A DNA stretch of 64,000 bases from the human T2T-CHM13v2.0 reference genome, Homo sapiens. Where the stretch lies: assembly GCF_009914755.1 (NCBI RefSeq), contig NC_060927.1; one strand, given 5' to 3'. Positions 13,011 to 28,827 of the stretch are shown piece by piece. Positions within the stretch are counted from its first letter, which is position 1. Every line of letters starts with the position of its first letter. The notes under the pieces are model-generated. The model had not been told where the DNA came from. It ran no database searches and saw only the letters and a list, made by a program, of their open reading frames with translations. The translations under genes were made by a program, and so were the position numbers.

Positions 13011-15021
13011 GCTCTCATACAGCCTAGAGGGGTTCGGATGATGTTTCATTGCTAAGACATCCACCGTACTTCTATTAAACTGTCCTGGTGAGATAAAAGA
13101 GTATTCCAAACACTTCACTCCACGGCAAAGTCTACTAAATACTCAATCCCTAATCTGCCCTCATGTTAAGGCCTCAAAAGAAAACTAGTAAATCACTTGC
13201 TGACAGCTGCCACTATTGAAGCTAGTATCTTATTTAAACCCAGGAATAAGAAGGAAGAAAGCATATTTTTGGCAAACAATCATCCACCAATTCCAACAAT
13301 GTGTTTAAATGGCAAAAAGAGAAAACAGGAAAGTATTAACTTAGGTTGCCCGGCTGAAGCAGGAATGGCAAGTCCAACTTCTTCCATCACGTATAAGAAG
13401 GTACAGCAATAAGATAACTTTCTGCAGCTGGTGGCAAGCCCCTCAAATCCCTCACAAATATAGTGGGGACTACAGGTGTCCAGCACTGCAAGGAGAAAAA
13501 AAAATTCCCTTCTATGGGAGGCTCCTCCCTTCCTTCAGCCTCTGTGCTAAATGTTATAAAGGCCCACCGTGACTGCCGCTGGGAGCACATAAGCTACAGA
13601 TGCATGACTACTTCACGGCAGAGTCTCCCCAAAATCCTTATTCTGTTAACCAGCCTTTTCTGAGGCAACTTTGCAAATATGCTAAATTCCAAGGAATTAA
13701 GGTTACCATTTAGGACATTCTTTTGACAATTAAAAGTGCATTTTCTTTTAGGATAGTTAAAATGTCAGCATAATCCTCTGACACAAACTCACAGAGTTGC
13801 TAATTTTGGACAAATTGTTTTTTAAGTTCTCTAGTTCAGCTGCTTCTAGTATTTCCTTCTTTAAGGTAATAATGCACTTTCAAACTGGATATTTAATAGT
13901 GAATGAAAAAATGATTACAAAAAAATGGACAAAGCCTAATCAACTAAAACTACAATGTCTACAAACATTATGTTTACATACGGAACATGTAGGAAGAACC
14001 ATCAGTTTAGAAATAGCAGTAAGAAAAGACATTTCAAGACAGCTGCTTCATGTGCTGAGTGAGGATGCAGAGCAAAGCACCAGCCATGTAGCAGGAGGGG
14101 TCTACACAGCACAATGGAAGTGCCTTATCTGACTGGAAGACAGTGTTCCGCCCTCAGTGCCTCTGCGGTTTCCTGCATTTCAAGGACATGTTATACATCT
14201 AATCTTTTCTGATAACTACTATTAGAATTAAAGAGGCAGATGGTTTAGCCAGCCTGTTACCAAACAGGAGACATCTGCTGTGGAGAAGACGTCAATAAAT
14301 ATTTCCCATTCAAAGATGTGGCGGCAGTCATTTTTAAATAAATATTTCTGTGTAATTCAGATCCACTTTCATATAACTATATTCCTTGAGCTAGAAAACA
14401 TGTTCTCTTATTTAAAAAAAGGAGAAATATCACATAACAAAAATAAGAGAGCAAATAATACTGTAATCCAAGCTGAAGCTAGAAGTTTCAACATGTACAG
14501 GCTCACTTGGGAAATTATTAGGGACATAAACAGTGTAAGAGGGGCTTCCTGTTAAACCGAACACAGATGGTTACCTCTGCTCCCTCTCAAAACCTCCAAA
14601 AACAAAGGCTGAAACCCATTAGGATAAAGAGAAAGAACAGCAGCAACCAAATGTCAAACCAACAAGAAGCAAACCTGTTCATGCCCCTGACACCCAAGAA
14701 AGCCCAGTATTAGAAACATCAGCTCTATCTCTCCAGGGCAAGAACGAGGCCCGCGCCCGTAATCCATCTGAACAGTGAGCTCATAGGTCGGCTACCCTGT
14801 TCCATTCAGTGAGGCAACTGCAACCCACCACACAGCCCCCATTCCCCACCCCAATAGCAGAAGGCTAGGGTTTATTATGGAGAAAATGAACTTGACAAGT
14901 TCCAGGACTGGGACCTCAGGCACAGGGAAAATGGGAAAGAGTTGCCATAGGGCAAAAAGGGGAATTCAGCATAAGCCTATGAAGATACTGAACTGTGAAG
15001 GTGCCCAGCACCCTTGTATTA

Positions 15022-15389
<368 letters not shown>

Positions 15390-15949
15390 AAAACTGACTG
15401 GCTCTGGGGAAAAGACCTACAGATCTTAACATCTTGGGGTATTCCAACAAAATAAAACTGACCCCTGCCCAGGCACCCTACAGTGAAGCTCACCAGTTGG
15501 CAAATTCCACCTAAACAGGCAGGCTTGTCAACCGGCTTTGTAATGCTTTGTTCTTAAAGACAGATAAACACCACTAGACACCTGAGGAAGGCCTCTTCCG
15601 TAAAAGTCAGAAACCAGGAGAAAAAGAAAAGGAACAAAGAGGAAAGACAGATAATATAGGAAGTAGGACAAAATCTGAAAACAAAACAAAAACTGTAATT
15701 AAGTGTGAAGATGGAGGGTGCTGTCCTCAAGGTCCGGGCTGCAGTACTTCTGCACTTGTTACCATTTCTCTTCGGAAATTAGAAAACGGGCATTCTCAGG
15801 AGTACACAGCGTCAACTACCAAGGAGGCACCAAAGAAGAGGCTACTCTGCTCCACAGCAGTTCCCCAGTTCCCCAGGAGAATGACTGTGGGCCTTCCGAA
15901 GCCCTCCTCAAGCTTGAGTAAAAGGAGCCTGCATGGACCCCAAATCAGC

Positions 15950-16033
15950 AGAAACCCTTTCCCTTCTTCCGCCTCAGAGAAAGCCTTTCCCTTCTTCTGC
16001 CTCAGAGAAAGCCTTTCCCTTCTTCTGCCTTAG
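15950..16033. repeat. 28-bp tandem repeat x3
   Basis: unit AGAAAGCCTTTCCCTTCTTCTGCCTCAG with few substitutions. Confidence 0.9.
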
Positions 16034-16153
16034 AGATTTGCCTTGCTTCTCTGACCTCCCCGCATCCCAGCCCAAGAGCCCTTTCTGTACCCGTAGAGAG
16101 CTGAGGATGGGGGCATTCAAGTGACTTTGTCATCACCCTAATAAGAAATGTAA

Positions 16154-16459
<306 letters not shown>

Positions 16460-16840
16460 CTGTTTTCTTAATAACAATGCTAAATGTGATAAGATTCTTT
16501 TCTGAGAATCCCAATTAAAGCATTCTGTTTCCTAGTGTTCTTACTAGGTTCACTTTATAGATTTCAAAGGAAAAAAAACCAGCCTGAAGGGTCCTTGTTG
16601 AAAACATTTCAAATATAAGGTTCATTTATGGCATCCTTGAAAGTAATTCAGAAACTCTTTGAGGAAAACAGAAACCTTTTAACTATACCAAAGAGGTGAG
16701 ATTAGAGACAGGTGTTCATCAACTTCTAACAATCAGGAATTCTCCTTAGCGTTACATGAAAAAGAATAAAGATCTCCCATTCTCAATTTGTCAAAATCAT
16801 TCTCTTCTTTTCAGAGCCCAGTTAAAAAAAATAAAAACCA

Positions 16841-17150
<310 letters not shown>

Positions 17151-17751
17151 ATAAAAACCACCCCGTGATTTCCTCAATACTTATCAACCGCTCCTTCCTC
17201 TGCTATGACTCAGCCCACTGCCTTTCTATCTGCAGCAAAGCAGGAATCATACTGCCCTCTGTATTCCACTACGTATTAAGTTTTCTGAGTGCAAGAATTG
17301 CATGTCATTCATCTGTGTGTCCCTGGTGCCTGGTGCTTTGCTTAGCATTTAGCTGAACATGGTGTAACTCGGCTGACAGGAGCTCTGACATTCGCCTCTC
17401 CCCATAACATAGATGCTCTTTGCAGGCAGGAACTTAACTCTTTTTCGTATCCATATTTTCCACATTACCAGTAGAAACCAAATATACATTTGCTAAAATA
17501 TCTATATAGGTGCTTCAGAATTCACCTTGCAGAAAATGTTCATTATTCTCACACACTTATCAACATATTCATCTAACAACAAAAAAACTATACAAAATAT
17601 ATGGTAGTATCATGCTGTGTTTTTATAATTCTCAGTAACCCTCTGCATAGCTTAATTCCCATACCCTGAGCCTATAAGCCTATATCAACAGCCAAATCGA
17701 ATATAACTTCACTACAATGTCTTTATTACACAAAAGAAAATGATAATTCAC

Positions 17752-17838
17752 CTTCTCTCAATGACTCTCCAGAGCTGGCGCCAAAAGTCCAAATTTCGTT
17801 CAAATGGAGTCAATATCAGCTTCTGTTCCTCTTCTAGC
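17752..17838 (-). CDS. LSG1: LSG1 exon 5 (LEEEQKLILTPFERNLDFWRQLWRVIERS)
   Basis: 87 nt; conserved TPFERNL..WRQLWRV motif of Lsg1/GNL1-type GTPases; CTAG|G acceptor, AG|GTGAA donor. Confidence 0.97.
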
Positions 17839-18397
17839 CTAGTTTTTGAATGAGAAGTTTATATATTTGCCAGATTATAATAGACAATTTTTAGCAGTGT
17901 AAATGCTCAAATTTATTACATTAAAAATAAGTACTGGGCACAAATATCCAGAGTCAAATTATTTTATATATTTCCTGCTGAGACACCATAAAAATACTAT
18001 TTATTTAGACAATACTCCACCAAATTCAAATTTTATCCTGAAGCTATTTATGCCCTGGAAGTTTACCTATCACACAAAGTCATTTCTTTCCCACACTCTT
18101 ACTGGAAAAATGTGCAGGAGAGCAGCGATCAACTCCAGGATGCCCAATGGCCAAAGAAGGGAATGAAAGGAAAAGGCCCGGAACTGAGCAGAGTAACCAA
18201 CTCACGATCTCTGTGCAAGGATGCATTTGCACCTAGCAATCTTGTTTGTGCATACATCTATTTGCACTTGTTAGCAGAATGCTACCATTTCCTTCTTAAA
18301 AGAATCAAAACTTCAAAACACAAATGGCTGTGTAAGCATGCCAAATGTCTGAACTCAGGATTTCAAAGTAAGTCTTCATAGAGTCTATAATACTCAC

Positions 18398-18484
18398 CGG
18401 ACAAGCTGACGTCTCCATTCTAGAAAGTTATCTTTCTCTGCTTGTTTGAGTTCTTCTGGGGTAGTATTTTGGTTCCAGTTTGGT
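18398..18484 (-). CDS. LSG1: LSG1 exon 4 (PNWNQNTT...WRRQLVR)
   Basis: 87 nt; TTCAG|A acceptor, CG|GTGAG donor. Confidence 0.96.
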
Positions 18485-18646
18485 CTGAAACAATCATAGA
18501 AGGAAAAAAATTCCTCATATAAGTAACCAAAATAAAATAGGTAATTTGGATCTAATAATGGCAGCTGAGAAAAAGAAGCAATTTAAAAAATGAATACTCA
18601 GCAGCCTCGGATGTTTTGTGGCATTCTAAATTCTTCTTCAGCTCAC

Positions 18647-18767
18647 CTCCTCGGTATACACAAGAACTGTTTGTTTTCTTCATGGAGCTTCTTAATTCTC
18701 TGGCTCTCCTCGAAAGACAGTAGTCCAGTTCTAGCCTCAGCAGGCACAAACTTAATATTAAGTTTCT
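18647..18767 (-). CDS. LSG1: LSG1 exon 3 (EKLNIKFVP...LCIPRR)
   Basis: 121 nt; AACAG|AG acceptor, AG|GTGAG donor; frame continuous. Confidence 0.96.
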
Positions 18768-19250
18768 CTGTTCAAATAAAGAAAAGTACTATTACTTAAG
18801 AGGCAGTATAGATACAGAGTGTTTGGTCATACTGATAAACTGAGAAAACTAAAAATGAGAGCCTAAGAGAACTTAAGATTTCTTGATTTAGATTCTTCTA
18901 GCCTTGGGTAAATTATTATTCCCAAATGAAGTTTTATACCAAATAACTATCCAGAGTTACTACATTCTTTTTGACTGCCACACAGTATTTCATACTGTGT
19001 CTATATCACATTTTCCCTGCTATTGAACATTCAGTTTCCAAGTTTTCATTATTAAAATACAGCATCATCTGGTAGCTTGTTAAACATGTAAATGCTGCAG
19101 CTCTAACCCCCACTCACTGAATAGATGCTCTGGAGTCTAGAGGATAGGGCCAGGAATCTGTATGAAAGAGTTCTCCGGGCAATTCTGCTGCTCTGGGGTA
19201 GATGCTGAGAAGTAGAGGTGCTGGCTCATAGGATATGAAACTGTAAACTT

Positions 19251-19546
19251 GCTTTCTTTGTCTTCTGTTTTTTTTTTGAGACAGAGTCTCACTCTGTCAC
19301 CCAGGCTGGAGTGAAGTGGCACAGTCTCGGTTCACTGCAACCTCAAACAATTCTCCCAACTCAGCCTCCTGAGTAGCTGGGACTACAGGCCCGCACCACC
19401 ACGCCCAGCTAATTTTTGTATTTTTAGTAGAGACGGGGTTTTGCCATGTTGGCCAGGCTGGTCTCGAACTACTGACCTCAGGTGATCCGCCCGCCTCGGC
19501 CTCCCAAAGTGCTGGGGTTACAGGCATGAGCCACCGCGCCCAGCCT
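19251..19546 (-). mobile_element. Alu
   Basis: TSD AACTGTAAACTT flanking. Confidence 0.95.
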
Positions 19547-19836
19547 GCAACTGTAAACTTCGAACAGATACTGCCAAAACAAATCTTTCCAACTTCCCTC
19601 TCTACTGTCTCACCCCATAACCTAAGAACATACTACCATTAACCCTGATCCTTCTCATACACACCCTTACACTTCTCTTTCCCTGCCATAGTCAGCTATC
19701 TCAGGAGAATACAACTTGCTCATTCCTTGATTTCCTCACCTCCCACTTCCTGTTTCTCTAGATTCCAGCTGTGGCTCTCTCACTCCACTAAAACTGTTCT
19801 GGCAGATATTACTAATGACTTTAAGAAGAAAATAGC

Positions 19837-20705
<869 letters not shown>

Positions 20706-20939
20706 AAACCCAGGAGTTTATTTTTGTCCCTTCACTCTTTTTCACTTACACTACCCTCTCCATCAAGTCTGGTTTACTCTAGCTCCTTAAGTGTTCTTGT
20801 TCCTCTTATTTTCTCCCTTCTTCTACTACCTGTATTTCAGTTCTGGCCTATTTTGCTAGACTAAAGTGATACGGTCTCCTAACTCATCTTGCTTCCTTAA
20901 AATTCATCAGTGATCTTTTAAAAAATGAAATCTCATGTA

Positions 20940-21560
20940 CCCATGAGACATACCTGCACTCCCATGTTCCCTGCAGCGCTATTCACAATAGCCAAGATAT
21001 GGCACCAACCTCAATGCCCATCAACGTATGAATGGATAAAGAAAACGTGGTATATGTAGTATACAATGGAATACTATTCAGCATTACAAAAGAGGGAAAT
21101 GTTGACACTTGTGACAATATGAATGAACCACTGCTATGAGAAATAACCCAGGCACAGAAAGACAAATACCACATGATCTCACTTACATGTGGAATAAAGC
21201 CGAGCTCATAGAAGCAGAGAGAAAATGGTGGTTACCAGAGATTAGGGAGTGGGGCAAATAGGAGGATACTGGTCAAACGGTAAAGTTTTACTGAGGCAGG
21301 ATGAATAAGTTCTGGAGGTCTAATGTACAGCCTGGTGTCCATAGTTAATAATAACGCATTTATTAGTTAATAATATGAAATTTGCTAAGACAGTATATAT
21401 CTTGTTCTCACCGCACACACAAAAAAACAATGTGAGGTGATGGATACGTTAATTACTTGATTTTAGTAATCATTTCACAATATATACATATAACCAAACG
21501 TCACACTATATACTATAACTATATACAATTTTTAGTTGCCAATTGTGTAGCTCATTAAAG
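20940..21560 (+). mobile_element. old L1M (L1MA/MB-like) 3' end
   Basis: CACAATAGCCAAGATATGG...GGAATACTATTCAGC plus mammalian L1 3'UTR motifs. Confidence 0.8.
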
Positions 21561-21860
21561 CTGGAACCCACACATCCCCCCAAAAAACACTAAACAATGA
21601 AATCTGAAATCATGTTGTACACGTGCTTAAAGCCCTGTAAAGCCTTAAACCTTTGTTCTCTCCAGAATCTGGCCCTTGCCCACCTCCTCAGCACCTGTGC
21701 TCATCACATCCCGCCCCCTGCACCAGCAAAGCCAAACTTCTAGCCATTTTCTGAACAAAGTTGGCTGCTGCTTCACATCTGGGCTCGAGTCCTCTGCCTG
21801 TCTGTGTAAAAGGTCTTATCTCATCTGTCCTTTGAACATCTACTCATTGTTCAAGACTCA

Positions 21861-22159
21861 GGCCGGGCACGGTGGCTCACACCTGTAATCCCAGCACTTT
21901 GGGAGGCCGAGGCAGGCGAATCACGAGGTCAGGAGATCGAGAACATCCTGGCCAACATGGTGAAACCCCATCTCTACTAGAAATACAAAAATTAGCCAGG
22001 CGTGGCAGTGCGTGCCTGTAGTCCTAGCTACTTGGGAGGCTGAGGCAGGTGAATTGCTTGAACCCAGGAGGCGGAGCTGCAGTGAGCTGATATCACCCCA
22101 CTGCACTTCAGCCTGGGTGACAGAGCGAGACTCCATCTCAAAACAAAAAACAAAAAAAA
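21861..22159 (+). mobile_element. Alu (S-type)
   Basis: full dimer; ends ~58 nt from the exon 2 donor. Confidence 0.95.
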
Positions 22160-22217
22160 CCTCAGCCCCAGATGGAAATGTGACAGTCTCACATGCACTC
22201 AGCAATAAACAACTTAC

Positions 22218-22344
22218 CAGCTACAAACTCTGTTCCTGCAAGTTCTGCAGTAGCAAGGAAGTCATCAAGGGAGCTCTGTTCAGTCACTGACTGAAGATTA
22301 AGACGACCCCAATCATAGCCATCATTGAGTTCACTTGTGTGCAA
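22218..22344 (-). CDS. LSG1: LSG1 exon 2 (LHTSELNDG...AGTEFVA)
   Basis: 127 nt; acceptor TCATAG|TTG, donor G|GTAAGT; frame continuous with exons 1 and 3. Confidence 0.96.
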
Positions 22345-23007
22345 CTATGAAAAAAACACAGGGTGATAAATACAGCTGCTCTCTTCTGCTCTTGGCATCC
22401 AATAAGCTCTAAAATTCCTTGCAACTAGTCTATGGTCTTGAGGGTGGTTGTAGTCCCTTTAGAATCAATACTACTTATAGTTAATGTTTAAAGGAACACG
22501 TTCTTACCTCACAATAGGCAGTTCCCTTTCACCATTTCATTAATTTTCAAAATCTTTTGAGGTGAATTTTACTGTATTTCCATTTTACTGATGATGAAAC
22601 TAAGGCTTCAGCAGATAAAATAACTTGCCTATAGTCAAAAACTAAATGGCACAGGTAGAACTTGAACCCAGATTGTCTGACTGTGCTAGTCAAAATTAGT
22701 CAAAACTTTATTTGATATAATCCCACAATAAGAAATACATTTTACATAGTGACCCAAAGGTGTATGTACATATAACGATACAAGCATTCAAGTACCGTTC
22801 AGTACAGTAAAATGGCAATAGAAGAATACTGAAACCACACCCTATTACATGCAACATTCTGATATTTCTCTATCTTGCTGGGGAAAAAATAAAAACAAAA
22901 CAAAACAGCTAGCTGCAGACCACTAAATTGACTTCCAGACACAACCCAGAGTTTGATAACCATCACCCTAAGCTATATACTTAGTATAGATACAAATAAA
23001 AAAAAAT

Positions 23008-23311
23008 TGCCAGGCGTGGTGGTTTGTGCCTGTAACCCCAGCTCCTCAAGAGGCTAAGGCAGGAGGATTGCTTGAGGCCAGGAGTTTGTGATCAGCTTGG
23101 GCAACACAGCAAGACCCTGTCTCTCCAAAACAAACAAACAAAACCAAACAACCAGGCCTGATGGTGTGCACCTGTAATGCCAGCTACTCAAGAGACTGAG
23201 GCAGGGGGATTATTTGTGCCCAGAAGTTTGAGACTGTAGTGAATTGGTGAGTTATGATCACACCACTGGCACTCTAGCCTGGGTGACAGAGTGTGACCCT
23301 GTCTCTAAAAA
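23008..23311 (+). mobile_element. old Alu (J-type)
   Basis: diverged dimer with AGGATTGCTTGAGGCCAGGAG. Confidence 0.9.
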
Positions 23312-23827
23312 TGAATAACTGAATGATGAATGAATTTCCTAAATAAATATTAAGGGCCAAAAGTTTAAGTGGGCATAGAATCAGCAAAAATAAGGAATTA
23401 GGATCCAATTCTTTACCATTCATGTTCAATCTTCCCACAGTTTCCTAAAAGGCTTCATTAATAACAAGTTGCTTCAAAGCTAATAAAAATTACCAGTAAT
23501 CTAATGTCCAGAGTAACTCTGACCTGATGAATACTGATAAGCACTCCATGCTGTTTACTCTGCAGACTATATGGATGAAAGTCAGCTGGTGTGACAGTGG
23601 CACACACTTACTTAGCTCCAGGGACATATTTACCTAAATTTAGCACACGATCTTAGCACTCAACATGTTCTCATTCATTCCCGGGGGAATGAATGGTGAA
23701 AATAACGACTAGAATGATGAACACAAGCCAAATCACTTCATTCATTTTTTTAAAGATCCTTCTATAACCTAGTAAAATATTAGGTCTTGTCACACCTGAA
23801 AAATCAATGATTTATCTTTGAGCTAAA

Positions 23828-23841
23828 CCACTAGGGGGTGC
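23828..23841 (+). promoter_or_regulatory. candidate CTCF site in LSG1 intron 1
   Basis: CCACTAGGGGGTGC, one mismatch to core CCACYAGGGGGCGC. Confidence 0.45.
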
Positions 23842-24159
23842 TTCGCAAGGATGAGGCAAGGATCTGAATTATTTTATATATCTGGCAGTAACCAACCGCT
23901 TCTGGAGGATCCATTCTTTGAACAAATCAATACAAAAATACGTTTTGTCTTTTTCCTGCTCTGGAAGTTCCAAGCACTTCAGTGGCTTCTAGGGCAAAAC
24001 CCAAACGTACTCAAGACCTGGCATTGAAGACTCTTCAGATTCTCACTCCACGCCTCATCACCACACTAACTCTTCTTTCAAGCTTCTCCTACCTTTGTGT
24101 TCTGGGCCTTGCCAGGAGGAGGGCCTGCTACTCAGCTTGGCAGAAACTCCAACTCATCC

Positions 24160-24930
24160 TTCACAACCCGGCTGAGGCGTCCCTCCTGCAAAACTTATCT
24201 GACTTTTGACCCCGAATTTTGCAGCACTCAGGCTAGACAGAAAAGATAAGAAAGATGACATGGTCTGTCTTACCCAGGAGTCAGTGTGACGATGGCTTCG
24301 GCTCCGCTGAGTCTGATGGCGCATAAGGGCCCGTCCCAGCGACCCACCGGCCGGGGCTCTCCTCCGGCCCATGGCAACACGACCGCTGGACGAAGCTTCC
24401 CGGCTCGGCGCGTGCAGTTTCCGGGATTCACAGTTCGATCCCCGGAAGTGACGATAAGCGAGCCCAAGTAGTTCAGGCTCAAACTTGAGAGGGGAAAGCA
24501 GAATGACTTGTTCTAAAGTTCTCCTTTTACGTCTCGATTTTACCAGTATTATAGAATATAAGTGAAAAAATGGTTCTGGGAAATTTTCGATAGATTTCCT
24601 GGCGAATGTCTCGAGTTTGGATAAATGACTGAGTTAAAAGAATGGTCCATTCTTAATTTGTGCGTCGGTCTTTAGCGTCCGGCGAGAAACTAGCGCACCT
24701 CGGAAACATGGCGGTTCCTATTCGCGGCACTAGCTCCGCCTTCCGCTGCTTCCGTCAGGAGGACGCGGAGACTCGGAGGAAGAGTGTTTCGGTGGCGCTG
24801 GGACGGGGGCGTTTCCCAGCGCTGGTTTTCTGCTGGCGTCCCGAGGTGTGGTCTCTCCGAGGTCCAGCACAGCAACTAACTTTTTGTTTATCTAGCCGAC
24901 CCCAGCTGCGAACTGGGGAGAAAAGTCTTC
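24160..24930. promoter_or_regulatory. LSG1 CpG-island promoter
   Basis: CpG-dense; overlapping ETS-CRE motif CCGGAAGTGACG at 24442-24453; YY1-like AAACATGGCGG at 24704-24714; no TATA box seen. Confidence 0.85.
24274..24372 (-). CDS. LSG1: LSG1 coding exon 1 (MGRRRAPAGG...HTDSW)
   Basis: ATG at 24372; 33 codons matching the LSG1 N-terminus; donor TGG|GTAAGA. Confidence 0.97.
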
Positions 24931-25376
24931 GCCTGGATGTGAATTTGGAATGAGAGGCTGAATAGTATTTCCAGAGCTTGGCAAGGTTGTAGGAAAAGCC
25001 AACAGGAAGTGACTTACGCTTTATTTCAAAGAAAAAAAAATGTTTAAACAGTTCTAATTATATTTTCATTACCCTTTTTAAAAATAATTAAAATGAAAGT
25101 GAAAACAGTGAGCCAGCTCCACTCCTAGAGGCCTGGGCTTTTGTTCCTCACTTGAATGTTTGATTTCCCTATAATGGGAATAATAGAAAGTCAGCTTAGA
25201 GTGGCTGGTGAACTACATTCTCATTGATCCAGAGAACCATCTCTTTGTTTTGATGCTTGGAGAGAGGAAGCAGCTTGAGCAAGTCGTAGATTGAGTGCGT
25301 GCAGTGTCAGGAATAAACCCAAGTCTTGTCACTAGCCTGTACACCCCTGGGGAGAGTGGGGAATGAGGGTTGTTAA

Positions 25377-25730
<354 letters not shown>

Positions 25731-25874
25731 CTAGCATAGCTTGATTTAGCCATTCCACAATGTACACATATATCAAAACATTATGCGGTACAACGTAAGT
25801 AATAAACAATTTTTAGTTGTCAATTAAAACAACAGCCAAAAAGAAATAAATAGGATCAAGAATCTGTTTAACCT

Positions 25875-26030
25875 AGGGCTTTTCACACTTTAATGTGCAT
25901 ATAAATCCCCTGGGAATCTTGTTAACATGCAGATTCTGATTCATAAGCTCTGGGGTGAGGCCTGTGGCTCTAACAAGCTTCCAGGTGATACCCATAGTAC
26001 TGGTCCTTGGGTCACACTTTGAGTAGCAAG
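25875..26030. mobile_element. MER5A-like hAT MITE
   Basis: GGGAATCTTGTTAACATGCAGATTCTGATTC...CACACTTTGAGTAGCA. Confidence 0.75.
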
Positions 26031-26653
26031 CGTAGTCCACTCTTTCCTGGTGCAAATGAAGACACAGAAGTGGACTGGCTAAAGGTCAGTCATAGCAAGT
26101 TAGCATCAGGCGAAACTGGGTCCAGACTCCCACCCATTCTGAATTCCCTGCCAGGGTTTCTGTGTGCTGCACCTTACCCCTCTTACTGAATTGAAGTGAG
26201 TTTTGGGAAATGCCCAAGGGACTGCTGGCAAGCTGTGAAGCAATTGGCAACGCTTTGAGAAGGCAGTGCTCACAGATGAGCAAAGGAATGCATCAGAACA
26301 TCATTTCTCCCATTTCTCAATTTAGAAACAGTGTATCTTTAAAATCCTACACATAATCTCCAGAAGTAAGATATGAAGAAGACCCACGAAATAGAATTAG
26401 CAGACAGCTCCCGGCATTCTCTCCAGAGCTAAGTGGTTAAAGGTCAAACTAACTCATGAAGTAAGATTTCACATTTTAATAATAATACTAGGAGGTGAGA
26501 TAAAGAAACTCACCATCTCATTCCTAGAGCTCAACCAGGAACTTGGGACTTCATCTAGTTTCTTTTTCCAGATTTTGTCACCTCTGGAGAAAATAAACAC
26601 TTTGGTTTTCCACTGTTACTTTTCTAAGGGCTTAAAAAATCTTGACCAAATAA

Positions 26654-27007
<354 letters not shown>

Positions 27008-28827
27008 TCATAAAGATTTAATTAGCAGCAACTACTCCTAGCTGACAAGAAAAGGATAGATAATCCTAATATTTCTCCCAAGACGTTACGAAAATCTACC
27101 GATGACAGACAACTGAGTCTCAGTCTTCTCATCTGGTTAATGAGGCTAATAACAATTCCTGCCCTGAAGAGGTAACAAATGAGATAATGCTGCAAGGTGA
27201 TTGCCTAGTAATTTGTGGGGGTATCATCTGGCACAGCTGAACACGTTTTCTTTCCCCAAAAACTAAGCAATGACGGTGAAAGCCCAGCTGGATAACTGTT
27301 CAGTGAGAAGGACAAGGAGGAAAGGAATTGAAGGTGTTGATGAGACAAGATCATGGGACCCAGATTAAAAGGAAGGAGGTAAGATCGTGGGGGAGTGATG
27401 ATGGTGGTGATGGAGGGTGGAGCAAGGTGCTGGCTGCTGCCCAAGTGAGGGGGTTGCAAAGATGAATCAGTCCAGGTCCCTGCCCTCCAACTGCAGAAAC
27501 CATTTCACCCACACACTTCAGGAACAGCAATACCTAGCCGAACCCCTGTCACTGCTTTCTCACGCCAGCGGAAACTGTCGCCCACCAGGCTTGTGACTGG
27601 AAGATGGGCCAGATCCTCCCGATTCCCCACGTAGCTGAACGCTTCCGTTAAAGCCAGGATTCTCTGAAAAGCTGGCTCCTGGAGGAGGCTGCATTGATTT
27701 GGGGATTGGAAGCCTGGCACCCAGCTTCTAAATAGTGACACAGGGAGTGTTCCCTATTCATGGGGTTGCATAATGCTTGATTTCTACCGCGTCTCAACAA
27801 ATGTAGTTACAAGCTCTGAAACCCACACCCAGCAACAAACTTTGGAGTTGCTTTCAGCTTTCCAAGTCCACACTGTTGTGCCTCTGGGCTCCACATCTGT
27901 CTGAGGAAGGAGAGGAAAGAGTGGGTTGGTTTCTGTTGTTTTTCCTGTCATACTTTGGCCAAAAATGAGTTGGTGGCAGAAAAGTTGTTCCAAGGCGAGC
28001 TTGCAGTCTGGTCTCTCCTTCTTTCCCATACGATACACCACCTCCTTCTACAAGGACATTAAAACAGTTTGCATAAGACTGAGAGTTGTGAAAATAGACA
28101 CTGGCAGCCTCTGTAGAGCGTAATTGAATCAGTAGGGAAACTCCCTATGATTAACTGCCATTCTCAGTTTATCCCTATTGAAAATGGGTGGATTCTCACA
28201 TGAGTTTCATAATTCAGCAGATTTTAAAAAATCTTTTAAATTGACATATAATAATTGTATGTATGTATGAGGTGGTTTTGATACATGTATACATTGTGTA
28301 ATAATCAAATCCGAGTATTCAGCATATCCATCACCTCAGTTATCATTTCTTTCTGGTAAGAACATTCAAAATCCTCTCTTCTAGTTATTTTGAAATATAC
28401 AACACAATATTGTCAACCATAGTCACCCTACTGTCAGCAGACATTTATTGGTGGCTATTATAATGATTAATTTGAGTCCCTGCAATCAAACATTGATTTC
28501 TTGCCTGTGCAAGGAAATGTGTAAAAGACCTCTTGCTTTGGTGACACAGGCCACAAGATCCTATGTATTTGAACCCACGAACTTTTTCTCAACTCGTGTT
28601 ATGTATGGAATATCTAGTGTCTTTTATTCAGAGATGCCTTTGCAATTACTTTTTCCCTCTTGACAGTCAAGTGAAAAAGGGTATTGTTATTTTACTGCAC
28701 TTTTAGCTGTAGAAGTTGAGTCTCAATAGGGTTAAGTTAAGCAAATAAAGTAAAATAAAGGAGGCTAGAAGTAGAATTAATAATCACCAACTCTAAAATC
28801 TGTACATGGAAAGTCCTAGGTTTCTCC

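Noticed and set aside
15950-16033. 28-bp direct repeats as a CRISPR-like array
   Set aside because: Head-to-tail with no spacers; eukaryotic minisatellite
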